The notes: a model not told the origin generated them from the letters alone. A stretch of DNA of 63,999 nucleotides, filler included, from Rhabdomonas costata (GCA_019059605.1; 21 parts of 21 records of this genome joined end to end with filler, not necessarily neighbours in it); one strand, 5' to 3'; counted from the whole stretch's first letter, positions 49,416 through 61,704 are shown. Program-made: numbers and translations.

Positions 49416-51646
49416 GGCAGCGCACGGATCGAGCAAACCTACACCTTCCGCGACCTGCTGGCATCCGAGGTCTAAGTGCACCTTCTGGCATTTGGTTTCA
49501 TTTTGGTGAACCATTGCTCAGTGTAATGTTTGGGATCGCGTTTTTGCTGCTTGGACCGGACGTAGCGCAGTGCCATGTAAGCTCATTTTCACCACCCATT
49601 CGGGGTTTCTGATGCTTCTTTTATTACACACTTTGATCAGCACGAGAAGATGGCTAAGTACCTGCAAGCGAAGGTCAGCCAGCTGCAGGAGGAGGTGTCC
49701 TCCCTGGAGGCACGTTTCAAGCAGGACGTCAAGGGGAAGGTGCGCCCCCTCCTACCCCGTCCCGGATTCAGACCGATATCAGGGGCAAAAGCGCTAGTAA
49801 TGGCTGAAAAAAGTGCTTGTAGCAAACCGGCTGTAATCAATACGAGCCAGGGACCCCCCGGGGGCAGATCCCATGACCCTGTCGAGGATCGGGGTGATGT
49901 GACTCTTGCGATACATCTCATTGGATAGACGGATATGGTTGACTCCGTCTCATAGGCGGGTCAAAAGTCCTCAAGGCTGCGATTTATCAGAGGACCGTGA
50001 CAGCTGTCCCGCATCAGTGACCGCGTCAAGCTAATGAATCTGCCCTTTGTTGGTCTTCATTTCTATTATACCGCACTATCGGCTTTTCATCGTCATAGTC
50101 AGTCAAGAAAAGCGCACCCTGGACCTTCAGAAGTGAACCTGTCTCATCCTCAGGTCGGCTTATTATCGCATTCCGTTTGAGGGCACCATACGAAATACTG
50201 CTTACAACTTATCAGCATTGCCCCCACACTTTGCTTTGCACCATTCATTTAATGCCCCCAGCAACTAAGGTTCTGGCATACGGTTTCCCTGTTGTTGTTT
50301 GGGAAAGGGTGAAAAATGCAAGAGAGCTGTGTACATCTCTTTCAGTCCCCTGCTGACGCGGAGAAGTACATCAGCTCCGCCGATCGGCTCTCCGAGGAGT
50401 ACGTGCGGCTTTCCAGCTACATGGCGATCAACCGGCTGGCCATGGAGAAGATCATCAAGAAGCACGACAAGCACGCCCCACTGGCCTTCCGGGACCTCTT
50501 CCCGGCATTCGAGCAGAGGTTCGCTACACTGCTGCCCACCCCCTTCTTCGACACCCACGTGCTGGGGCTCAGCGACTTCTACGCGGAAGTCCGCGGGGAG
50601 AATGTCGACCGGGTGCGCGTGCCTGTGTTTTGTGGGTTTGAATTGACTGTGATCTGATCTGAGGGCCCCGCTCAGGGCACTGGGCTGCTCACTCAAGTTG
50701 TTCAGTTGATGCCGCCGCAATTGCAGCTCCGTAGGCCTCTCAGGCATTTTCAACTCTAACACTTTTCTACAACAACTCCCATACGCAACGGAATTCTTCG
50801 AAAAATCAGAAAACAGCATGCCAAACGTACCAACGTACCAAACGAGAAACACAGCACGTGGCAGGCAAGGTATTTGATCGGACCAAGGAGTACGTACACA
50901 GCCAGAAAAGTACAGAGTACTAGGCGGCGGAACGGGGAAATCAAGATGGTGGAGAATTGCTCCCATCGCGCGTGAGTTCCGGGTAAGATCCCAGCGTTGT
51001 CTGGAACGGCGGTTAGAGGCATAATACTTTTTTCTTCCTGGTGAGGGGTCGTCTGCATCATCTCTCCAATTATTTGAGAATGTGAGAAGTGGCCGATGTG
51101 CTTGTTATAGTGTTTCCTTCATACCTCAGGGTCACAGGGCGCATCCATGCACCACAGAGGCATGCCGTGTTCGAGGGTGTGGTGTGTATATATACATACA
51201 CAGGGCAGTCGGGCCCAAGGGGAAGTGTACGAGCGCGGAAGGTTGGGTACCCACAAAGAGATCTCTAAACGCGCCAATCGGGGTTCCCAAGGCCCCGCGT
51301 ACACTGTGAATCCGGGGTCACATGGGGTAAGCCAACCCTACGTGACAAAGCAGCGTGACAAGGTACCATGGGCCGACAAGGGTGTGAGGCCGATGGGCCC
51401 ACACCCATCGAAAGGTGGGAGCAGTGGACCTCCCTAGAAAAAATTCATCCTTGCCAAGTGCACCAAGTGTATGGATACATGCAGGCACACATGCGTGTAT
51501 GCTGTCTTGTAGGCCGTGGATCTGGGCACGGCGTTTGACCGTCAAAGCATCAAGTACTGGGTCCACCCCCAGGACACTATGACGGTGATCATGATCATCA
51601 TCCGCCACCTCCCCGTGTACTCCTTCAAGCCCGAGGATGCCAAGAG
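49416..51646 (+). CDS. SPX-VTC polyphosphate polymerase complex subunit (Vtc4/Vtc2/3-like), internal exons
   Basis: Exons 49416-49469, 49641-49739, 50346-50612 and 51513-51646 are in phase. SPX motif INRLAMEKIIKKHDK, then the VTC-domain start FDRQSIKYWVHPQD...IIRHLPVY. Confidence 0.9.
51267..51475 (+). repeat. Interspersed intronic repeat, copy 2 (homologous to 6286-6450)
   Basis: See copy 1. Lies in the 3' part of the VTC-gene intron. Confidence 0.85.
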
Positions 51647-52077
51647 GTGCGCGCGGGAGCTTTTTGCGTGCTGTTGGGCTTGCGTTCGGTCGTTCTTTAG
51701 TTGGCCAGGTGCTGTGTCGTTCTGAGATGCTCGGATGCAAGCTGTACTTCTGATGGCACGTCAGCGACGCGATCCATAGTTACCACAGTTACCAGTTACC
51801 CCCCCCAACACNNNNNNNNNNNNNNNNNNNNNNNNNNNNNNNNNNNNNNNNNNNNTTAATTAATTAANNNNNNNNNNNNNNNNNNNNNNNNNNNNNNNNN
51901 NNNNNNNNNNNGTGTTGGGGGAGCAAAGACAGGGGTCTACTTAGGTGCGTCTCATCAATTTTTTCCTTATCCTTGTGCAACAGTTTGCAAAAGGATAAGG
52001 AAAAAATTGATGAGACGCACCTAAGTAGACCCCTGTCTTTGCTCCCCTGAGACATCAGTCATCGCCCGCGCGTGCAG

Positions 52078-54489
52078 GTGTACTTCACGACCTTCCCTCC
52101 GAACTACTACAGCGGGGACTTCGCGATTCGGGACCACGACGGGTACTTCTGGCTGCTTGGCCGGGCCGACGAGGTGATCAACGTCTCCGGACACCGCATG
52201 GGCACGCGGGAGGTGGAGGAGGTGTGCGAGGGAATGGTTTCGGGGGCTGAAGTGTAACATTTGAGACTTTTGCCCCCTGGTGTTCAGACCCACAGTGAGT
52301 TTGAGTGCGCGCTCGTTCACACTGACCTCTGGGCATGGTTCAAGCGATATTCAGCAAATTTGAACGGGTAACCAGTAATCTATCGTTAAAGAGTAATAAC
52401 ATTGATTACCTGGGAGCTTGGGTCCAAGACATCCTGGAATCATCCGCTTTAACTGGAATCCCACGGGACACGTGCAGCTTAACCGCACTATACCGGGTTT
52501 CACCAGGTAAAAACAGGCGAACCCGAGTAACACTATACCATTGAACAAGAGCCTTGTGAACCATGCCTTAGGATCCCCTTGTCAACCCCATAGCATCCCA
52601 TCTCCTTGAGGGATCGGGTAAATCATCATCTATTGGCTGTTAAGCTGAGTGAACGAAGTGGAACTTTCTGCGGTGAGCCGGTACCCCTCGGCACCGTTCC
52701 CATTCCCGTTTCCGAAGTGACCCCTGGTGACCACCCGTGTCGCCAACAACGCGTGCGCTCGTCAGTGCCCAACGGCCAGGCAACAGCCAGTTCCTATGCG
52801 CCCGATTCCTGCACAAGGGAACTACCCGATCCGTACGGGGTGGGGGGGGCGCGTAGGTTCTCAGCGGGCACCCGCAGGTCGCTGAGTGCTCATGTATTGG
52901 GGTGGACGACCCGCTGACGGGACAGGCCATTGCCAGCTTTGTGGTAGTGAAGGCTGGCGCGACGGCACGTGCTGACCCTGCCGCACTTAAGAAGGACCTC
53001 ATCAACCATGTCCGTACCACAATCGGTTTTGACTTCCCCGTTTGCCTCCTCTTTTCATGTGTGCACAACCGCATGTCTACCAGTGTCACAATGGTGAGGC
53101 CCCCCTCCCCCAATTCTGTGCGAACCTCTGCCCTTCACGGGTATTGTGGTACTTTTTTTGAAGCTCTCGATTTCTTCCATTTTCCACGATCCGAAGCCCT
53201 TACCTTTCTTGTACCGTTTTTTTTGGAGGGATCTTCGGCTGCGGTTGGAAATTTTCTTTTCGCTTGGTTGGGGGGGGGGGGGGGTACGGGTCCACTGACT
53301 GTGGAGGTGTGAGTCAAGGGTCTAGAAGCGGGGGATGAGAAACGGTGCTTTGGGGGCTTCGTAGGAGCGATTGCTACTCCGAAGACGCTTCAGATCATCA
53401 ACAGCTTGCCCAAGACTCGCTCGGGTGTGTGCGTGTGTGTGGTTTCCATTTCTCCTCTCGTTTGTTCTCGCATTTGGGGGTGAAAGTTGCGTTGTTGCCC
53501 TCTCTTCGACAAAGTCGTTTCTCGGATTTCGTCTTTCCCACAACTTTTTTCCATTTTGGGCGGGGTATCTTTGGATGCGTCTGGGCCCGGATCGAGCTTA
53601 AATGACACCCTCAGAGCAACTACGCAGGATGGGGGGAAGTGGCAAAGGCTGCCCTCTGCGGTCATCCCCAATGAAACTTAATTCTATGAGCATGTATCCA
53701 ATCTGAAGCCCAACCGTCAATCCTTTTTGGGTACTCAATGAAAATGGTTGAAAATCAGGAAAGGTGATGCGGCGAGTCCTTCGGGCGCTCTCCGAGAACC
53801 GCGAGCTGGGAGACCTGTCCACGATCGAGGACGGCGCTACTGTGGTGCGCTTGCAGCTCTATCCTTTTGTTAGGTGGGACTGAGCCCAGTGTTGGACTGA
53901 GATTTATGTTCTCTTGCACAGTGCCCGGATTTGCGGTGAATCTCCTGAGAGGCTGAAGGGAATACCCACCACACTGTGATCCGCGAAAACCACTTGTGTG
54001 CTCCCCATTCTCGGTTCGACTCATATCCGAATAAAATACCATCCCACATCATGTTGCAGTCGACTACAATAATGCAAAAGCACATTATGCTCTTCGTTGA
54101 ATTCTCTGCTAACCCAAACCCCGTCAATATCATCGGGCACACGTTGATTTAAATGTTTAAATTTTGTGCTGATCTTGGCTGTGGGTTTCGGGTGTCGGTC
54201 GAGTTCCCCATGGTCCATTTTCCCGCCAGCTGCCCCACAAATGGCCGAGTTTTGAAAGTAAAATTTTGAACGATCATGCCGGAAGCGGCAATTCCAACAC
54301 GTCACTTGTCGCTGATTGTCACCAGAATATCCTTGTGTGCACATGTCTGTGCCTTTGCATGCGTACGTGCATGTGCTCAATGATGTGTTTAATTTTCTCC
54401 TGCGGCATTCTGGGACATTATCTCATATTCACGCGCACGCCCAGGAGGAGATTCGCCGAGCTCTCCACGAAATGGGGACGGTTGTGTAG
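52078..54489 (+). CDS. acs: AMP-forming acetyl-/propionyl-CoA synthetase, C-terminal five exons
   Basis: Exons 52078-52221, 52857-53025, 53365-53424, 53759-53844 and 54445-54489. They encode [53 protein letters not shown] and LGDLSTIED. Confidence 0.93.
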
Positions 54490-56205
54490 ACCTCTCCGCC
54501 CATACACTTCCATCTCTGGCCGTTCCCCTTGCCGTTCCCTTTCTCTCTTCTTCCGTATGATCTTTCTTCCTTTTTTCGCTCCGCATATGGCTGTTCCCTT
54601 TACACCACCCGATGTGCCTTCGGCACACTGGAGGCCCAATACCCTCCCCTTGGAGAGGCGAGGTCGTACGCACATGCCTCCCTCTCCCCCACGAGCCGTG
54701 ACGTCGTGCGAGAAGTGAGCGGCCACCGGAAGCAATTGGCACGGGCCCATCTCACCCTCCACCATACCAGCCTCTTCAGTTCCTTCCCACCACCACCCTG
54801 ACACCATCATCACTACCTCTTTTTCATCACTACCTCTTTCTCGTTCGTACCCCACACCNNNNNNNNNNNNNNNNNNNNNNNNNNNNNNNNNNNNNNNNNN
54901 NNTTAATTAATTAANNNNNNNNNNNNNNNNNNNNNNNNNNNNNNNNNNNNNNNNNNNNTTTTGTTTGGGGAAAAGACAAGAGTGATGCAGAAAAATAAAC
55001 GACAAAAAGCGAATGAGGACGCCAAAATACTCACCCACGCCCTGTAGGGGCCAGGTACTTACTCAGTTAGCTCATCATGGGCAAGCGCATGACTAATGAA
55101 CTCACTTGGCCACGAAACTCGCAGGATACCAAGGGTTGCGCTCACCCTACATCAGCATCACCGGAGCAAAAAACAACCCAGCTTTTTTCAAACTCTTTGT
55201 GGAGAGGAGTAGTTTCTGTAGTTCTGTAGTGCGCCGCAAAAGCGACACATGAGGTTAGTTTTCTGATGGACCTTCTTCTTGTGACTTGAGACTCTGTCGA
55301 CTGTTCTGGCTCTCTCGCACGCACCGACGCACGCACGCTCGCTCGCTCTCGCTTCACTACTTACCCGTCATGGGAGGCGCAAATTTTTTTCTTCGAAATT
55401 TCCAAATTTTCTCTTTCTTCGTCAAGCGAAGGACTTGGGAAGCAGGCAGTACTAAAAACTACAGCCGGGTGCCTTTGAACTCATACAGGGATCCCGATTT
55501 TTGAAAATTGATATTTTGTTGAAGATTATAGCCGAGGGTCTTGGTTTTTTATAAGGCTCGCCCCCGCTTTATGGCACCGGGATAAATTTATCGATGTAGC
55601 AAATAACCCCAGGGGGGCTTGGCAGGGCAAGGTGGGGGGGATTACTTCTGCTTCGCTCAAACCTGTTCTTACCAATTGAATCATCTCAAGAAATTAAACA
55701 CGTGAAAACCTTAGGAGGAGAAGGGGGGGGGATTGCCTATACCAAATTCCAGACATTTTGGGCATTTCTTGTTTTGGTCTTGATTTTGCACGTTTTCGCA
55801 CACAAGCATTGGGCGCGGGACCTACAATTGTCCGCGACTTTCCGAAACCCACGCAACTGCACGCGCAAGTTGGATTTTGCAAAGTATAGGGGTTAAGCGG
55901 GAATACATTCCAAGAAAACTTCCTGAAGAAGTGTGCAACGGCATTTCTCGAAATACTGCACGTGTAGTTTGTCACACAAAATTCTGATAATGTTCCGACA
56001 CATCCCTTCCGCGTCTGCCGCCTCGTCACAATCCAATGCCCTTAAAAACTTTTGAGCAAAGCGGCAGTATTGCTCGAAACATTCAAAGTCCTACTTCTAT
56101 TTATTTAGTTGTTATTCTTTTTAGTTATTTTTAGTAGTTATTTTATGACATTTAAGAATTGAGACGAATCAAAATGCGAAGTGTTTTTTGTTTTTTCGTT
56201 TTTTA

Positions 56206-56376
56206 TTATGCATGGCCGTTGTACGCGGCGTCGTGCAGAGGCGTGTACCCGCCCGCGTCCGCTGCATCCATCAAGGCCTTTGCATTCAGCAGGTTGGTTG
56301 CCACGGCGGCGGGGCCCTTCAACGCGGCCAAGTGGAGTGGAGTGACTTTGTATCCGTCCACAGCGTCGAGTTCGGC
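56206..56376 (-). pseudogene. Ankyrin-repeat fragment ending abruptly at a stop
   Basis: VTPLHLAALKGPAAVATNLLNAKA and GYTPLHDAAYNGHA-stop. The second repeat is cut mid-repeat, and the phase does not match the upstream SDR exon. Confidence 0.6.
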
Positions 56377-56798
56377 CTGAAATCCACAGCCCGGACCCAA
56401 AAAACTCATGCGTATCAACCTCCAAAACCCAAAAAATTTCCCGGTACTTACACAAAAAAACAAAGGCCTTTGCTTTCGCAGCAGTGGCGAAGGCCAACGC
56501 CGTGGTCGTGGAGGAGAGCCCGCAGCGGCGGGAGGTGGAGGGTGCAGATAAGGCGAAAACTTTCCCGTAGCAAGGTTTTGTGGTAATGACGTCTTCTTGT
56601 TTGTTCTGCTCGAAAAAATGCCGAGAAAAGCAAAGGGCTTCATTCTAAATACCACTCCCAGTGGGAAATCTGGCTCAAGCTGTGCCGCCCAAGCCTGTGC
56701 GGCAGCGTGTTTGAGAGCTAATCAACAACTAATCAACAAAGTAGGTGGCAACCAACAGCAAACTCTGCAAACTGCAGCAAGGCAAATAAAAAACAGAC

Positions 56799-57117
56799 CC
56801 TCTTCCGTGGTATGAAAAGAAGGGCCCTGACAGCCCGCGTTCAAAACCAGTACGTCCAAGGTGCTGTGCTTGGCAGCGAAGGCTGCGGCAACCTCCCTCA
56901 CTGATGCGAAGGAGTTGAGGTGAAGGACCATCGTCTCCACACTGGATCCAGAACCGAGATTCGGAGAAATGTGCTTTGCCACTTTTGCGCTCAGCTTGGC
57001 AGAGCTGCGGCCAGTGAGAACAAGGCAGACATTTGGAAGACGGGCAACAGACTTTGCAAAGTGAAGAGCTATGCCGTCCGAGGCTCCCGTAATGAGAAAC
57101 ACTCTCTGCGGAGACAT
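56799..57117 (-). CDS. Short-chain dehydrogenase/reductase (retinol-DH/WWOX-like), exon 1
   Basis: VFLITGASDGIA (TGxxxGIG-like), LNSFASVREVA and LDVLVLNAG; GT donor at 56798. Confidence 0.88.
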
Positions 57118-57239
57118 TTTCGAAAGAACGTTCTGAACCCAAGATGAATCGAGTGCGTGGACAGCGGAAAAAACGATGAGTCAAAATTGGGATCCACCCT
57201 GGTGGCCAAACACGGACAGCTTGGTCCCCTAACTGATCC

Positions 57240-57500
57240 GCTCCGAGCACGCCGAAGGTTACATAGCCACCGGCGCTACCTCCAGGCGGGTTGCGGCCAC
57301 CAGGCGGTGTACTTCTGGATCTTGTGGTGGTCTTTTTTCTCTACTACCTCCCAACCCCCTCGAGTGACACCCCCAGTGAGGGCCCCAGCGGGTGGGTCAC
57401 CGAGACGTCCACTGCAAGGGTGAAGCTCTTTTCCAACTGCTGGCAAGCATCGGTTGGCCTCTTCCGGCACCCCACGGTCATCTCGTTCTTGACGATTGTC
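57240..57500 (-). mobile_element. Degenerate restriction-like endonuclease (RLE) fragment of a non-LTR retrotransposon
   Basis: Frameshifted segments RKRPTD...LAVDVSVTHPL, EKKDHHKIQKY and TFGVLGA occur in the order of the RPD...DVT...KxxKY...TFG RLE motifs. Confidence 0.55.
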
Positions 57501-58518
57501 TTGCAGCCCCCTTGGAAAGGAACTTCTTCATCCGCATAAGGCAGTACAGATCGTACTGGACTTGTGGACACCCCAAGTACCAGAAAGGCATTCGTAAGAG
57601 ATCGGATTAATAAAGGCCCAGCTACGAATGTTTCTCACAAGAAAAATATCGTAAAATAAATGGATCCCGGAAAACAGTGAAAGAATGTTCCCGTTCATCT
57701 TTGAGGGATTGGAGAAACAAAAATTTTGGATCCTCAAATAATGGGTCAACTTCGACACTGATCCAATAATTCATTTTCGTGGACCATCATTAGAAAAATG
57801 CAACGTTGATACCTTTGCGGTTGCAGTTTGGGCAAATAAGGGGCAACAGGGACAGCACACCTTTCCAACACTTCTGGTGGTTCCGTCCTTGTGCCCTTTG
57901 TGCGCNNNNNNNNNNNNNNNNNNNNNNNNNNNNNNNNNNNNNNNNNNNNTTAATTAATTAANNNNNNNNNNNNNNNNNNNNNNNNNNNNNNNNNNNNNNN
58001 NNNNNGTGGGAAAGGAACACCGACAAACCTGTTTCTGTGCGGTATATTTTTTGATTGGGACCTGACTCAAATCTGCGCCGTCTCGACAAAGAAAATACAG
58101 TGAAAACACGCTTTCGCCTTATTCCCTTCCGTCTTTTCATCGAGCAAACATACCCAAACGCGAACAAACCCACACACCTGTCCCTAAGTCAACGAACAAA
58201 ACGCGCGTCTTTGAAGCCGAGCTTAATAACAACCTCGTTGAGTTGAGCAGGAGAAAACAGAGCGTGCCCGTCGGCGGGGTCCTATTGCACAGCAAGATTT
58301 CAGATGGCATGCTTACCTGACCCGAAGCCCCAGCGAGCGACAGATGCGGAACACCAATCCCACTCAGGGACAAAGGTGCACAGGAGCAACGGATTCTCTC
58401 AGAGAGTGCACCCCCCCCCCAAAAAAAAAGGCATTCAATGCAAAATGCTCAAAAGAGTCGCTCAAGCCAGCCCATCGCTAGGGGGCTGGGAGGTCAACAC
58501 GAGAATAAGGACAAGCAC

Positions 58519-59015
58519 CTGCAGTTGCTGCCAGGGAAGTTCTCAGTGTCGTTGCACACAGTCGAGTTCAGGTTACAGAACACAGCCAGGCTACCCGTGG
58601 TCGAAAACGCCATGGCACGGCCCTGCCCGGGGAGCCCTGGCCACATCAGGTTCGTCCCGGCGAACGTCTCTATCACACTCAGAATGAGGGATAACGTCAG
58701 AGGCCTCCACACATTCCACGCCGTCACAAAGTCATCCATCCGAATCCCAGCCTGCAGAAAGTAGATGGACTCGGCGTAGTTCATTTGGTGGGCAACCTCC
58801 ACCTTGGACTCGATTAGATTCATCACACTGTGTGCGGCTTCCTGCATGTCCACATCGGCGATGTCCCGTAGACTCTGCTGGCTTTGAAGGTAGGTCAGGT
58901 AGAACCCCAGGAAGCCTGTCACGGCCATCAGGGCGATGAAGGCAAGGGTGAGCAGAACCTTCAGCGAGAGCAAGTTGCGGAGGAGCTGCCGGCACATCTT
59001 CCCATAAAAGGCCAT
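58519..59015 (-). CDS. Membrane receptor/sensor-like protein, exon 1 (N-terminal TM plus predicted extracellular domain)
   Basis: SLKVLLTLAFIALMAVTGFLGFYLTY (TM), then a helical QQSLRDIADVDMQEAAHSV segment resembling Cache-type sensor N-termini. NxS/T sites; GT donor at 58518. Confidence 0.55.
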
Positions 59016-60365
59016 GAGAGATGCTTGTGCACTCTCTGTGCAACTGGAGGGTCACGGAGAAGGGGCGTAACAAAGTTCACGGGTGGAAACAGGTGAAAAG
59101 AGCGAAAGAGAATAGAAACAAACTCAAACAAAGCTAGCGCAAAAGTTGAAAAATAAAAAGAAGTTACGACGAGGGGCTGCAACTTGCATAGAACATTTGC
59201 TGGACTCTTTTCATTTGCTTGCTCGGTCCGGCGAAAATCCTGATATCACGGAGCAAACGCACTGGCATCCAAGGCATTGTGACGATTTATATGGGGAAGC
59301 CTCCATGCGTGACGCGATAATTCGGAAACTTCTCGTGACACGATTGCCGTTTTCTATTTGAGCATCGGACGGTACAAATCTCGTCTCTGAATACGTCCAC
59401 TGCTCGTTGGTCATGCTATGCTTTTCCGCAAAAAAAGATCCACAGGCACTTCAACACAATTTTCGCGCAACTAGGGTCCTTTTGTGTACACTGGACTGGC
59501 CCCAAAGCCACTGAAACACACAGTGAGGGAAACCATGGTCAGCGGAGAAAGTCCCCGCGACGAACACTTTGGAAGTATTTGCAGTCCAAGAGGGGTGGGC
59601 TGGGGTGGGGGGTCGGAGCGAAAGACTACAGTTGCTGGTTACCATTCCAGGTCTTCACCCGGAAACCACAAGCAAAAAAACAGCCCGAAAGCATTGCTTC
59701 TTCAAAAAATAGCAAAGGGCACCGAGAGAGGTACCGAGCCCGCAAGGAAGGTGGGTTGAAAGGGCTACTGACGAGGGAAGGGGGGTAGAGGAAGCCCGGA
59801 ATCTGGGGCCAGGCAGTGCCCAAACACAGCCTGGCGAAACAACCACACAGAAAATTCGTGAAAAGCAGTGCACCATCGCCCAAGAGGGGAGAAGAAAAAA
59901 CTTGAATATATGCGGTGGATGGGCAAACGAGCAGCTTACAGCGCCGTCATTGCCCTTGGGGTGCACGAAATCTGGCGAGAATGCGAAGGCTTTGAAAGAA
60001 ACGGTGAAGGTTTACTGAACGTCACATGTTCGAATCTGGGGGGGAGACAAATCAGAAGTTGAGAATGAGTGCTCGATCCCCAAATACACATACACACAAC
60101 GGGAATGAAAGAGCTATCACAAGTGCACCAGAAAGACAAAGCCGAAGCAAAAACAAGAAAAGCTCAAGGGCGTTGGTGTGACAAACCTTGCAAGCTACAC
60201 AACAAATTAGGTTCAGACACACTTTCGCGAGTTTTTTTGTGAACCAAGGAGAAGAAAAACATAATGCAGCAGATAAGCAGAACCAAGACAATTGAAAAAA
60301 AAACGCGAAGCAGAACAAGACACGGGCAAAGTGAGCGGGCGGGCAGTTGCGAGCTGCATTGGAAA

Positions 60366-60527
60366 CTACAAGGAGACGGGCGGCGAAGAATTTAACAAGT
60401 GGAGGCTCAGCGGCGCGGCCAGGCCCCACGTCGGGTGCCGCAGAGCAGCCCACTCCTGGGCGTGGTCGCGGTACCACCGCGCCACGCGGTCCTCGGGGTA
60501 AACCGCAAGGTGGGCCTCGAAGTGGTG
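60366..60527 (-). CDS. Last exon of an upstream gene; resembles the C-terminal tail of class III nucleotide cyclases
   Basis: CAG acceptor, then HHFEAHLAVYPEDRVARWYRDHAQEW, similar to the F..L...PxD..A..Y tail. The similarity is recalled, not searched. Confidence 0.4.
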   Translation of the reverse strand, partial: HHFEAHLAVYPEDRVARWYRDHAQEWAALRHPTWGLAAPLSLHLLNSSPPVSL

Positions 60528-61239
60528 CTGGACATTGATAACCGTGGTGCTCTCATGGGGCAGCGAAAGCAGTGCACGCACGCCGTGTTCAAAGCTGGCG
60601 TGGCGGGCCTGCTCATGCTCCTATATATTTGGACAAGTGAAAGCAACTGCGGTTGTCGATTGCCTGGTGCCGACCCGTCCGTTTTCCAAATTTCATATTT
60701 TCATTTCATAAAACTCCCAAACGAGTTCATGCAGGCAAAGCCGAAGCAGACTCATGATCTTTGTACGCACACTGGGAAAGGGTTAACAGCGTTAACTTTA
60801 TCCAGGCGAAAGGGAGCCCCAAGCAAAATGGCTCCCGGCCATAGTCAGACAGCCCCACTGATGCAGTTGGTCTGGGGTCTTTCTTTCATCCTAAATCCAT
60901 TGTCCCCACACACACACACACCGAATTGGTTTTCATGCCCCCACCACCCAAANNNNNNNNNNNNNNNNNNNNNNNNNNNNNNNNNNNNNNNNNNNNTTAA
61001 TTAATTAANNNNNNNNNNNNNNNNNNNNNNNNNNNNNNNNNNNNNNNNNNNNGGTTGACCAAGAGAGCAGTTGGTTGGGTTCTTGACACATGCACCGTCA
61101 GGTGACCCCCCGCATCTCAAGGACAAGAACCCAACCAACTGCTCTCTTGGTCAACTCTGGACCAAACAGAAGCACGTCCGCAGAGGGTTGTCCGACGAAG
61201 TCCCTGTATGAAGCTTTGGGGATCTTCTCGTTTCGTGTT

Positions 61240-61704
61240 TCGCCCCGGTTTCACCGTCCGGAACGAGGACCCGGTGGAGTCAGGGGACAGACCCGAGGAT
61301 GTACTCATCGAGGCTTGGGAGGGGGGGACGGACTGCGTCGCTGACATCACCTGCGTGCAAGTCCTGAACCTCTCGGCCAACTGGGCTTCCGCTGCCCTCA
61401 CGGTGGAGTTGGCTGAGCAGGCCAGGGGTGCCTACTACGATGCGCTGTGCGAGCAGGGGGGCTTGGGTGGACGCCTGCGGGGCATCGACACCTTCGGCGC
61501 CTGCGGCGCGAAGGGCCTGGCCTTCTTCACCCACCAGCTCAACAGTTACGCGGGGGACCCGGGTTAATGCTGCAGCCGGGGCAGCCCCGGCAGCGGGCTG
61601 CTGGTGCTGCACCACCGGCCATCCGCGACCAGCTCTTCCGGGGGCTGCGGCACGAGTTGAACTGCACGGGAGAGGGGCCTTCGGATTTCTTTGTGGACTC
61701 CTAA
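61240..61704 (+). mobile_element. Non-LTR retrotransposon relic, RLE domain (CRE-like), disrupted
   Basis: GFTVRNEDPVESGDRPEDVLIEAWEGGTDCVADITCV...AEQARGAYYDALC...IDTFGACG. Stop at 61565-61567; no RT domain in the contig. Confidence 0.75.

Noticed and set aside
51918-52047. Long hairpin with arms of about 57 bp
   Set aside because: Contig-terminal, with perfect outer arms and an imperfect loop-proximal part, as expected for a fold-back chimera.
52332-52567. 11-bp inverted repeat GGCATGGTTCA in an ACS intron
   Set aside because: Too short and no TSD; could be chance.
61054-61155. 32-bp perfect inverted repeat next to the RLE relic
   Set aside because: Contig-terminal, so it cannot be taken as an element terminus.
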